Program-made: the position numbers and the translations under genes
The notes under the pieces: model-generated
What the model was told of the DNA's origin: nothing
The model's input: only the letters and a program-made list of their open reading frames with translations
Database searches by the model: none
Shown: piece by piece, positions 25,651 to 36,125 of the stretch
Numbering within the stretch: position 1 is the first letter of the stretch
How the letters are laid out: every line of letters starts with the position of its first letter
Origin: Azolla caroliniana
Lineage: Eukaryota; Plantae; Polypodiophyta
Direction of reading: 5' to 3'
Length of the DNA: 64,000 nt
Assembly: GCA_043228905.1 (NCBI GenBank)
Contig: JBHGNT010000003.1
Location: forward strand, 9,548,001-9,612,000

Positions 25651-26144
25651 GAATGAATTTGATTTCTGTTTGACATCAAAGGCTTACTATGAGAATCTAC
25701 GAAAAACGAAAAAACATCTTTACAACATTTTTTAGATTCTAATGATTTTGGTAGAAGGTTTCTCTCACATAATCAAATATCGTAAATAGAAAGTACATAA
25801 TTAAATATCATAACCAAAAACTGAAGAAGAAAGAATGCATCATCTACTCTTACATTGGATAATGTTTATGTACTAGTGTATGACTTATCTTTGACCAAAA
25901 CAAGTTATCTGCGACAGACCACAATGAAGATACTAAAAGAGGATCTCGAATGTGGCTTCAGACACAACACAAAGACAAACAAGAAGCAGGACTCATAACC
26001 TCGATGAGATTGTATTACAATTGGATGAAGACAATGCATTAGTTGCCATTGATGATGAGGATGAGACCTCATAAGCTCTTACTAGTTCATCTAATGGGTT
26101 TGAAGATGATGGCATAAACTTGGAAAACGATTGTCCTGATACGT

Positions 26145-26782
26145 TGTCGTAGTGTATTCCACACACTACGTGAAAACCATAAAATAATATATCCGATTTT
26201 AGATACATATAAATAAATAAATAATATATCAAAGTATTTATCACGTGCATAGGGCAAGATTCAAACCCTGCACCTCCACGTAGATAAACCTCAACTTTAC
26301 CATTATAATAACTTATCTTTAGTGTCATACATATAGATTTAATACGTATAAGACCTTTATTTACACATACCTTTATTAAAAGGTAAAAATCATGTATTCT
26401 TTAGAGTGTGAATATTTTATTTACACGTGACATTAAAAGTGACTCATGCACATCTAGCGTGCATGAGCCCTATACTTAGGAAATGAAAAAGCATCACATG
26501 CACATTTAGTGTGCATGGACACTTTTGGAAAAAAAAAGAGCATGAAGCCATGCTTAGCCTCTTCCATCTTTATATAAGGAGGAGAGAAATATGTATAAGG
26601 TTGTTGATTAATATACAAGGGTTGATCAATCTAATATATTCGTGGGATTCACGAGATTGTTGTCTTACTTCTCTTTACACCTATTCTTTACTAGCCTTAT
26701 TTGTACTTTTCTTCCTCCTAGTCCAAAACCTCGGTGGTTCCCACCCGACTCACGCAACGATCCGGAGCCGAAAGGCACGACA
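26145..26782 (+). repeat. 5' LTR of Gypsy-B
   Basis: TGTCGTAG...CACGACA; nearly identical to 33251-33887. Confidence 0.96.
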
Positions 26783-26821
26783 CAGTTGGTGAACCCGACG
26801 TGAAGACCGGGTGGCAAGGAG

Positions 26822-28864
26822 ATGGAAAATCAACCGGAGGCTAGCAACATGATGATGATGTTCGAGCGCATGCTACAAGAACAACGCGCGATGTCGGAGA
26901 TAGCGGCATCAGTGGAGCGGCTCGTGCAACGAAATGGGCAATTCAACGGGAAAGACGTGTCACGGTATCTTCGGGACTACAAGGCGGAGATGCTACGGTG
27001 CGGAATATCGGAAGGATTGCAAGTGACGTCCTTTAACCGGGTGGCGACCGACGGGCTTCAAGCAAGCATCCATGGGCTACGACAATAAAATCTGACATGG
27101 GAGGTGTTTGAAGAAGAGCTAAAGAGGATGTTCGCCATCGAGGATTCCTTCAAGGCGACGCGAAGGGGATTCGAAGATTGGGTGGAGACGCCGGACAAGG
27201 GATTGAAGGTCGTTGATGTGTTTTCGGCATTCGAAAGCCGGTTCGGGAGGTTGTCTGCGAGAGATCAAGCTATCCTTGTACCGGACAAGGTGATCATGTT
27301 CTTGCGAGCCGTGGACGTCCGGGACCGGAAAGATCTCGGAGTGCTCTTGGAGGACACGACCACGGAGAGTGGCCTCACCGAAACATGGGAAAGCGTGCAG
27401 GATATCGTCGCGCAATACACGAAGAGGGGGCAATGGCTTGCCAACGAGGAAAAGAGGGTTTCAGAACCGATTCCGAAACCGAGAACCGGATTGGAAGACC
27501 ATCAACCGAGGGCTCGGGAGACTACAACCGAGAAGGGGATTGATGCATCTATGGTGGAGCAACTATTGAAGGAGATGGAGAATCTGAAGATTGCGATGGT
27601 GAAGAAGTCGGATGACCGCCCCACAAGCTCCAAGTATACGGACCGATGGAGCATATGGTGCGATAGCGCCAAACATGATCGGAGGGATTGCGACGAGCAT
27701 AAGGAGGCGCTACAACGGGATCTCATCTACTACGAGGGAAACCGGATTCATTCGATGGACTCTCGGAAGCCACTCCAACCGAACTTCGGGAAAGGCGGCA
27801 TGAAGAAGGTGCTCGAGGAGGAATTGGCAGCAAGAAGCAACTATGCGACAACCGCGGGAATATGTGTCGGGGAGTCATCAAGAGCAAAGACGTCTTTTTG
27901 GCCGGAAGTTCTAGAAAACACCGAGAAAACCGACTCCAACAAGATCCGAAGCACCGCGGAAGGCGTCCGGGAAGCTACGGGATGGGAGTGCCTTGTCGAC
28001 AAGAATAGCGTATACGCCCTGTGTCAATTGCATAAGGTGTATGTGGACGAGAAACGACGACGCACGGAGGATGCGGGCAGGCCATCGAAGATACCGGAAA
28101 GCTGGAACTCCAGAGGTAAGGGAAAAGAAAAGGCAACTCCGGCATTCAAGCTCGCCTCGGACATAGAACAACAAACCGACTTGAAAAGAGTGTTCAAGGA
28201 AAGAATCTTGGATAGCCGGGTAGATTTCTCGCTTCGGGAGCTACTCGGAATAGCAAAGAAGGAGTTCCACGATCTTCTCGTGGATCTCGTGAAGCGAAAA
28301 AGACAAAGTATGGAGGAAAATGCTCCAAGGGTGAATGCGAACACCGTTTTAATGAACGACACCGAAGTGGAGGACGAAATTCCGAACTCCCACTATACAA
28401 GGCCACATTGGGCACGCGCGACTACGGAGACTCCGGTCCGAATCGGCAACATCAAAGAACCCGTGCTAGCATTGATTGATCACGGATAGGAGATCAACTT
28501 GATGTCCAAGGAGTTCTACCGGAAGGGGAAGTGGCCTATTAACACCAACCATGGATGGAAGATTCGGGCGGCCACCAAAGCAATGGAAGATCTATTTGCG
28601 GCTTGTCCGGATGTGACGGTGAAGATCGGGGATGTCGAGATCGACCAAAATTTCTTCGTGCAAGATGAGGTTTCACATTCCGTCATCCTCGGCCAACCCT
28701 TTATCACGACATCACGGATGGAGACGAAGGTGCTCGATAGCGGTGCGGCTTTTGTGCGAATTCGGAGCCAAAACGGTGGGAAATCCGTCCAATTCCTAAC
28801 GGTGCCGGCAAATCACGAAAGGAACAAGAGGGAACTCTTGTCCCAAGTGAGAATGGATTTTTAA
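26822..28864 (+). pseudogene. Gypsy-B gag-protease ORF, with two in-frame premature stops
   Basis: ORFs 26822, 27104 and 28499 share one frame, with stops at 27086 and 28487. Degenerate Zn knuckle WSIWCDSAKHDRRDC; protease LIDHG*EINLM...VILGQPF. Confidence 0.9.
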
Positions 28865-28918
28865 AGCGGACTGTTGCGGAGTGGGGAAGTGATAGTCCGA
28901 GAAGCCCTGATACCCCAC
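28855..28918 (+). promoter_or_regulatory. Putative -1 programmed ribosomal frameshift signal (slippery heptamer plus pseudoknot)
   Basis: G_GAT_TTT at 28855-28861 lies directly before the gag-PR stop, and the -1 frame is open into pol. Stem 1 pairs 28867-28877 with 28889-28899; stem 2 pairs 28881-28886 with 28913-28918. Confidence 0.8.
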
Positions 28919-29154
28919 ACAGGAAGAAAACTCTCGGAGCAAAACATGTACGAATCGATCCGGATGGGGCATCTACGTACACGACCGTAACCGGAGGATT
29001 GAAGAAAGGATACCGACAAGTGGAGGATAAGTTGCGGTCGGCATCAATAATAAAAGAAGCTGAAGAAATCGTGGGGATAGTCGAAGAAGTGTTCTATGGG
29101 AGCACGCTACAACGACTTGAAGAGCTTGCAGAAGATAAAAGCCAAGGGAACCGG

Positions 29155-29947
29155 TGTCGTGCCTTTCGGCTCCGGATCGTTTGCGTGAGTCGGGTGGGAA
29201 CCACCGGGGTTTTGGACTAGGAGAAAGAAGAATATGAGATGAGGCTAGTAATGGATAGATTATTAGAAAGAGAGATAGAAATTTCGTGAATCCCACGAGT
29301 GTATTGTATTCGATTAATCAATATTTAGATAAGAATATGTATTTAGATTGAAAGAAAGATATAATAAACTTGTGAATCCCACAAGTATAGATTATATTAT
29401 TTTCGTGAATCCCACGATTATATTAATCGGTTGGTGTTTTCGGAAATATATCCAATTTCCAAATATTTCACACGCCTATTACATTGTGCTCCCCATCCTT
29501 ATGTAGTGATGGGAGAGACTAAGCATAGCTACATGCTTTTTTTTTTTTAATATGTTCATGCACACTAAATATGCATGTGATGCTTTTCTAATCCTTGCTT
29601 TTATTTGCTAAATATAGTGCTCATGCACGCTAGATGTGCACGAGTCACTTTTTAGTTGCTTGCGTTTTTTCTATAAAATATTCACACACTCTAAAAATGC
29701 ACGATTTACCTTTTAATAAAGGTAGGCGCAAATAAAGCACTTATAGTTATTAAATCTATTTATAGAACACTAAAGATAAGGTAGTATAATGGTAAAGTTG
29801 AGGTTTGGTTACGTGGAGGTACAGGGTTTGAATCCTGCCCTATGCACGTGATAAATATCTTGATATATTATTTTATTTATTTATATGTAATTAAATCGGT
29901 TATATTATTTTTACTTTTTCACGTAGTGTACGAAATACACTACGACA
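29155..29947 (-). mobile_element. Solo LTR of a related Gypsy family, inserted antisense into Gypsy-B pol
   Basis: Reverse-complement homolog of the Gypsy-B LTR (793 bp vs 638 bp), with TG...CA ends and a CCGG TSD at 29151-29154 and 29948-29951. Confidence 0.95.
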
Positions 29948-29951
29948 CCGG

Positions 29952-32900
29952 GTAGTCCCGGTGGAATCGGTCCAGATGTACGAGATCATTGCGAAAATGG
30001 AGCCGGATACGCTCCGCAAAGAAGAAGCAATGGTAAGTACGAAATACAAGACCGTGGAGAAGAAGGTGAAACCGGCCGCGGGACCACTACCCGCCGATAG
30101 CGAACAAAAGAGGAAAGAAGTCTCGGGAGATCCGACACTTCGGAAGTCCGTGGATATCGGACATGCCTTCACAGATGAGACCCGGAAGAAACTTCGGATC
30201 GGTGGAGGTGGGTTCCTATTACAAAAAGAAGAAGAACGGTTTCGCGAGATGTTGGAGCAACACGGCAAAGCGTTTGCATTTACATCAAGGGAGATAGGGT
30301 GCGTCGATCCAAGAATAGTGGAGCCGATGGTGATCTTCACGATTGACCATGTACCGTGGAACCTGAAGCCGATTCCGGTGCCACGAGCGCATATTCCGAA
30401 AGTCATTGACTTGCTCAAGGAGAAGGTGGCGATGGGGATTCTAGAGCCATCAACTGCTCCGTACTCAAATCGATGGTTTACGGTTCCAAAGAAGAATGGG
30501 TCACTCCGATTTATCCAAGACTTGCAACCGGTGAATAAGGTCACGATCCGGAACTCGGGAGTCGGTCTGATAGTGGACGAATTTGCGGAAGCTTTTGCCG
30601 GTCATGCGATATACTCCATCGGAGACCTATACTCGGGATATGACCAATTCCAACTAGCCGTGGAGAGCCGAGACATCACAACCATGCGAACACCGATAGG
30701 ATTAGTCCGAATGTGCACACTACCACAAGGAGCGACAAACTCGGTTGCTCATATGATGAACGTGATGAACAAGGTGCTTCGAGATTGCATTCCGGAGATA
30801 ACGATGCCGTTCCTCGATGACATTCCGATGAAAGGATGCGCGGTAGAAGAAAAAGATGAGACTATGGATGATCGGGGATGCCGAAAGTTCGTGGTCGACC
30901 ATATTCATGATTGCGAGAAAGTGTTGCGAAAGCTAGAAGATGTGCACCTAACACTTTCCGGGGAGAAATCGGCATTCGGGCAAGAAGAAATATTGGTGGT
31001 CGGACATCTATGTGGGCCCTACGGCCGAAGACCGTCACCAACAAAGATCGATGCGATTCAAGCTATGGAAGAAGTATGCGAGTCAACATCCGAAGTCCGA
31101 AGGTTTCTCGGTGCATGTGCATTCTATCACATATGGATTCCGCACTATGCACATATAGCGGACCCGCTCTACCACTTGTTGCGGAAAGGTAAGAAATTCG
31201 AATGGAAACCGGAACACACCAAAGCCATGAAGAAATTGAAGAAGACACTTCGGAGGGCGGAAGCACTTAAGAAGCCGAGCTACGACCGACCGATCATAGT
31301 AACAGTTGATACAAGTCCAACCGGTATCGGGTGGGTCATCAATCAAGCCGACTCGGATGGTTCACGGTATCCGATCCGATTCGGAGCAAAGGTTCTCAAC
31401 GAAAGGCAACGTGGATATGCACAAGTCAAAAGAGAACTGTGGGGAGTCGTGTCGGCGATAAAATCGGATCGGGATTATTTGATCGGAGCCGAAGTGGTGA
31501 TCGAGACGGATTGTCTTCCGATACTCGGGATGATGCGGTGTTGTACGATACCGGATGTAGCTATGCTAAGGTGGGTTGCATATGTCAAGTCGCTTAATCC
31601 GGAGGTTCGACACATCTCGGGGAAGGACAACGCGGTAGCGGATATGTTATCAAGGGCTCGGTTCGGAGACGACATAACCGAATCGGATAATGACGAAGTT
31701 TCCGAAGACTACTTCGCGTCGGAGCACATATGCCGAGTGAACGTAATCCGAGAGTTCCGGGAAGAAGAATACGAGGGAGAAAGCTTGATGATCGGAAAGA
31801 TGTTACAAGAGGCCGAGGATTCAACAAACGATAAAGGAAGAAGAGCCGAGATCCGAAGGAAGAAGAGGCAAGTCCAAAAGTTCTTCTTGGAAAACGGATT
31901 TATATGGAGGGCACCGAAAAGACCGGATGGTATACCACTTCGAGTAGTCGGGACAAAAGAGCAACGAAACCGGATAATGTCCGAGTTTCACGAATCCGAT
32001 TGGGCTGGACACCGAGGAACATGGGCAACATTTGTGAAGATCAAGCAAAAATATTGGTGGAAGAAAATGTACAAAGATGTCGCGGAGTTCACGGAAAGCT
32101 GCGAGAAATGTCAAGTCTACTCCAGGGTTCGACATCGAGATGAGTTACATCCGACATTCTCACCGACCATCAACTTCAAGTGGATGGTCGACATAGTGGC
32201 CATGCCGACCGGGATCGGACAAAAGAAATACTTGGTATTAGCTCGGGAAGATCTCACGAATCAAGTAGAAGGTCGAGCGCTTGAAAGGAAAACGTGTTCC
32301 GCGGTATGCCAATTTCTTTTGGAGGAAGTATTTTGCAGGTACGGGTGCGTAGGACAAGTGATTGCAGACCGGGGAGAACTCGACTCGGACAAAGCTAGGG
32401 GATTCTTCGCCAAACACGGAGTTCGGTTATCGCTGACAACGGCATACAATCCAGAGGCCAACGGGAAAATCGAACGAGGACATAGTCCGATCGTGAAAGC
32501 ACTGGCGAAGGCATGCGATGGCAAGGTGAAGGACTGGCCGCAGATGCTTCCGTATGCACTATGGGTGGATCGGACGACGCATAGCTCCATAACCGGTTAC
32601 ATGCCAGCAGAACTCATGACCGGACAAGCACTAGTAATGCCGACGGAAACCGCGATCGCAACATGGACAGTGCTACCGTGGAAGGAAGAGATGAGCCGGG
32701 AAGAACTACTAGCGGTCCGGATACGACAACTAGAGGGAAGACCGACAGACATAGAGGAATCAATACGCCGACAACAAGAAGCACGATTCCGGAACAAAAG
32801 CCGGTTCGACACAAAGCACCGACTACGACCGAGGAGGATTGAAGAAGGAGATTGGGTGATCGTCTATGACGGTAGTTTGGACCATCAATATACAACGATG

Positions 32901-33317
32901 CGGAAATTCGCGAAAAGGTGGTTCGGGCCATACGAGGTTCGGAAAGTCTTCGACAACGGAACGTACCGACTGTCCGAGTTGGATGGAACAATACTACGAG
33001 TGCCTATAGCCGGGAAGCGGGTGAAGATTTTCAAGAAGCGGACCAACGACAAACCCTATGTGATCCAAGCCAAGGCCGACAATGAGGAGCAATCGGATGA
33101 AGACCACGGTGATGCGGGAAGCGAAGAAAGTAAATTACAACTCATAGTCGACATAAGGGGAGAATCGGAGGAAGCTTTGGGTGAAGACGGATATGAGGAA
33201 TTGAGAACTTCGGCACATACCGGAGGATGTGTAGGTTCAGAGGGGGCGAGTGTTGTAGTGTATTCCACACACTACGTGAAAACCATAAAATATATATCCG
33301 ATTTTAGATACATATAA
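29952..33317 (+). CDS. Gypsy-B pol (RT-RNaseH-integrase), uninterrupted ~1120 codons; N-terminal part 28858-29154 lies upstream of the solo LTR
   Basis: RT motifs FIQDLQPVN, DLYSGYDQF, LPQGATNS and FLDD; RNase H VDTSPTGIG and ETDCLP; integrase HESDWAGH..CEKC, YNPEANGKIER and WFGPYEV. Confidence 0.93.
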   Translation, partial: VVPVESVQMYEIIAKMEPDTLRKEEAMVSTKYKTVEKKVKPAAGPLPADSEQKRKEVSGDPTLRKSVDIGHAFTDETRKKLRIGGGGFLLQKEEERFREMLEQHGKAFAFTSREIGCVDPRIVEPMVIFTIDHVPWNLKPIPVPRAHIPKVIDLLKEKVAMGILEPSTAPYSNRWFTVPKKNGSLRFIQDLQPVNKVTIRNSGVGLIVDEFAEAFAGHAIYSIGDLYSGYDQFQLAVESRDITTMRTPIGLVRMCTLPQGATNSVAHMMNVMNKVLRDCIPEITMPFLDDIPMKGCAVEEKDETMDDRGCRKFVVDHIHDCEKVLRKLEDVHLTLSGEKSAFGQEEILVVGHLCGPYGRRPSPTKIDAIQAMEEVCESTSEVRRFLGACAFYHIWIPHYAHIADPLYHLLRKGKKFEWKPEHTKAMKKLKKTLRRAEALKKPSYDRPIIVTVDTSPTGIGWVINQADSDGSRYPIRFGAKVLNERQRGYAQVKRELWGVVSAIKSDRDYLIGAEVVIETDCLPILGMMRCCTIPDVAMLRWVAYVKSLNPEVRHISGKDNAVADMLSRARFGDDITESDNDEVSEDYFASEHICRVNVIREFREEEYEGESLMIGKMLQEAEDSTNDKGRRAEIRRKKRQVQKFFLENGFIWRAPKRPDGIPLRVVGTKEQRNRIMSEFHESDWAGHRGTWATFVKIKQKYWWKKMYKDVAEFTESCEKCQVYSRVRHRDELHPTFSPTINFKWMVDIVAMPTGIGQKKYLVLAREDLTNQVEGRALERKTCSAVCQFLLEEVFCRYGCVGQVIADRGELDSDKARGFFAKHGVRLSLTTAYNPEANGKIERGHSPIVKALAKACDGKVKDWPQMLPYALWVDRTTHSSITGYMPAELMTGQALVMPTETAIATWTVLPWKEEMSREELLAVRIRQLEGRPTDIEESIRRQQEARFRNKSRFDTKHRLRPRRIEEGDWVIVYDGSLDHQYTTMRKFAKRWFGPYEVRKVFDNGTYRLSELDGTILRVPIAGKRVKIFKKRTNDKPYVIQAKADNEEQSDEDHGDAGSEESKLQLIVDIRGESEEALGEDGYEELRTSAHTGGCVGSEGASVVVYSTHYVKTIKYISDFRYI

Positions 33318-33887
33318 ATAAATAAATAATATATCAAAGTATTTATCACGTGCATAGGGCAAGATTCAAACCCTGCACCTCCACGTAGATAAACCTCAAC
33401 TTTACCATTATAATAACTTATCTTTAGTGTTATACATATAGATTTAATACGTATAAGACCTTTATTTACACATACCTTTATTAAAAGGTAAAAATCATGT
33501 ATTCTTTAGGGTGTGAATATTTTATTTACACGTGACATTAAAAGTGACTCATGCACATCTAGCGTGCATGAGCCCTATACTTAGGAAATGAAAAAGCATC
33601 ACATGCACATTTAGTGTGCATGGACACTTTTGGAAAAAAAAAGAGCATGAAGCCATGCTTAGCCTCTTCCATCTTTATATAAGGAGGAGAGAAATATGTA
33701 TAAGGTTGTTGATTAATATACAAGGGTTGATCAATCTAATATATTCGTGGGATTCACGAGATTGCTGTCTTACTTCTCTTTACACCTATTCTTTACTAGT
33801 CTTATTTGTACTTTTCTTCCTCCTAGTCCAAAACCTCGGTGGTTCCCACCCGACTCACGCAACGATCCGGAGCCGAAAGGCACGACA
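33251..33887 (+). repeat. 3' LTR of Gypsy-B
   Basis: Follows the PPT; direct repeat of 26145-26782. Confidence 0.96.
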
Positions 33888-34219
33888 ACATTAACCGTAA
33901 ATATTGTATTGTACATCAAGATTTGGATTCATGAATTTCTATAAATATTGGTGTTAGTCATTTTGGACATTCATTTGTAAGTTTGGCATGTCCATTATTT
34001 AGGCTTTTTTTTGAACACCTAAATTTTCGTACATGCTAGAAATCAATATATTTTTGGGTCATTTTTTAAAATCATTTACGCATGCGGCACCCCTTTTTGT
34101 GAATCACCCTAATTTGTGTCATTTTTTGATGGACAATTTTCAAAATGCGACATATTACTTGTTTCAAATGTCCCAGTGTTACTTGGGACTTGGTCGAATT
34201 ACGAAAGAATTGACGTGCT

Positions 34220-35509
34220 CTTCCATGCAAGTGGGTCTACATATTAAAAGAGATATATGATTCAACCACCCCAAAATTCAAGGCCAAACTAGTAGCAAAG
34301 GGTTTTCGACAAGAATATAGCGTCGACTTCGACGAGATCTTTTCACCAGTGGTGAAAATGACAACCCTTTGATTTATGCTCGACGTAGTGGCAACCAAAG
34401 ATCTGGAGTTGATTTAGCTAGATGTAAAAACGACATTCCTCCACGGTGACTTAGAGGAGCAAATTTTATGGAGCAGCTGAAGGCTTTGTGGCATCTGGCC
34501 AAGAACATCTAGTCTGCCGACTTAGGAAGAGTTTGTACGTCCTAAAGTAAGCACCAAGACAATGGTATAAGAAGTTCGACGACTTCATCCAATCAGTCGG
34601 CTTCTCCAAGAGCAATGAGGACCACTGCCTCTTCACCAAAACAACTCGAGATGGGTCTCCCATCTTTCGCATCATCTACGTGGACAACATGCTACTCTCC
34701 GGTCAGCATGCCGGAGAGCTTGCCAAACTCGTTCGGCAACTACGGTTGAAGTTCGCAATGAAGGACCTAGGTCCCAGGCAACACATTCTCGGAATGAAAA
34801 TAAGTCGGCTCTGAAATCAATGACAATTGTTCGTGTCCCAAGCCGACTACATCAAACGTGTCCTGGAGCGCTTCAACATGCAAATCAACACAATGCCTCC
34901 AAGCATATCGACATTTGATATCACTTTGTTTGGAATTGCGTCATTTCATGGAAATCGGCCTCAAGAAGATACATACAGGTGATAATGTTGAAGATGGGAT
35001 GACCAAGTGTCTTTCGGCGGATCAATTTTGATCCCTTAGGCACCAGATGGGCGTAATGAAGAATAAGTCCGATTAAGTCGGATATTCAGAATGGTTTCGA
35101 ACAATCATCATCGACAGTTCAAGGTTTGGGCTCAGTTCCTTCGACCCCGCGGCCAATTCGGCCTTCTGTTTTTCGGAGTTTACCGACACGAACAGAAATC
35201 CGATTTGTTCGACGACCTTGTACAAATCTGCATTGTCCATTTACTTTCTTTATTACAAATTTCCGTTGTATAAGCCCATTATGGGGGAGTGTCGAATACT
35301 GGTCTATAATGGCCGTATTCAACATTGTTCTCTTGAACAAACTAGATTTAGGACAATTCTGTAATTAGGTCAAAGGGCAGTTGCCTTAGCCCACTTAGTA
35401 TATAAGGGGCTTTGTAACCTAGTTTTTTGTTGTTGTTCATCTTGGTTAATACCACCATTCATTTGTAACTCTGAGCTTGAATAATACCATTACATATTGT
35501 GTGCCTCTT

Positions 35510-35577
<68 letters not shown>

Positions 35578-35660
35578 CATTTTTTTCTGTTATTTATCTT
35601 GCCTCCATCTCGTACACTCAGTGATCTTCATGCCAAGGTTTTGTTGATGTTCCTCCCTGA
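34220..35660 (+). mobile_element. Degenerate Copia 3' fragment (RT, deleted RNase H, PPT and probable 3' LTR from ~35290)
   Basis: [59 protein letters not shown] precedes TGTCGAATAC at 35290. The LTR right end is uncertain. Confidence 0.8.
35512..35570. repeat. (CT)n microsatellite
   Basis: Directly visible. Confidence 0.95.
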
Positions 35661-36125
35661 CGACCTCAATTCCCAACCCCAACCCCAACCCCCCTCCTTA
35701 GACCAATGGTTTTGTGTCACGTCGATATTAGAATTTTTTTTTGTCTTGTTCGAGTATCTACACTCAACTGGGCGAAGGCAAAAGAGAGGTGGCAATCAAA
35801 GATGTTGTGAATTCTTGCATGTACGTCATAATTCTAAGACATTCTCTACGAGTAAGTGTGCTAAGTTAACCCCACGGTTTTGTGGACCTTTTACAGTCCT
35901 CAAACGAATTGGTTTATCAGCCTATCGTCTCGCTCTTCCTAATGTTGTTGAAATTCATCCAGTTTTTCATGTAAGTTGTCTAAAAGAACTTGTTGGTTCT
36001 GGTGACAATACAGTTTCAACTAAAACTCTGATTACTTCTAAAGAATTATTTGCTAAACCACATGTACCAGAGAGAATTCTTGATGTTAAAACAAAACATT
36101 TGCGTTCTAAAATAATCCAGGAATT

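Larger units (their letters stand above)
26145..33887 (+). mobile_element. Young full-length Ty3/Gypsy LTR retrotransposon (non-chromovirus, Phygy-like) (Gypsy-B)
   Basis: LTRs 26145-26782 and 33251-33887 (~5 substitutions and 1 indel by eye). PBS TGGTGAACCCGACGTGA at 26787-26803 (complementary to the plant tRNA-Trp 3' end), PPT AGAGGGGGCGAG before 33251, 4-bp TSD ACGT/ACAT. Confidence 0.97.

Noticed and set aside
26511-26792. 93-aa hydrophobic ORF duplicated at 33616-33894
   Set aside because: It lies within the two LTRs, so the duplication is explained by LTR identity. It has a GTG start and no evidence of coding.
29900-33268. Numerous antisense ORFs over Gypsy-B pol (also over Copia-C)
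   Set aside because: These are shadow ORFs of GC-richer coding sequence, with no recognisable motifs.
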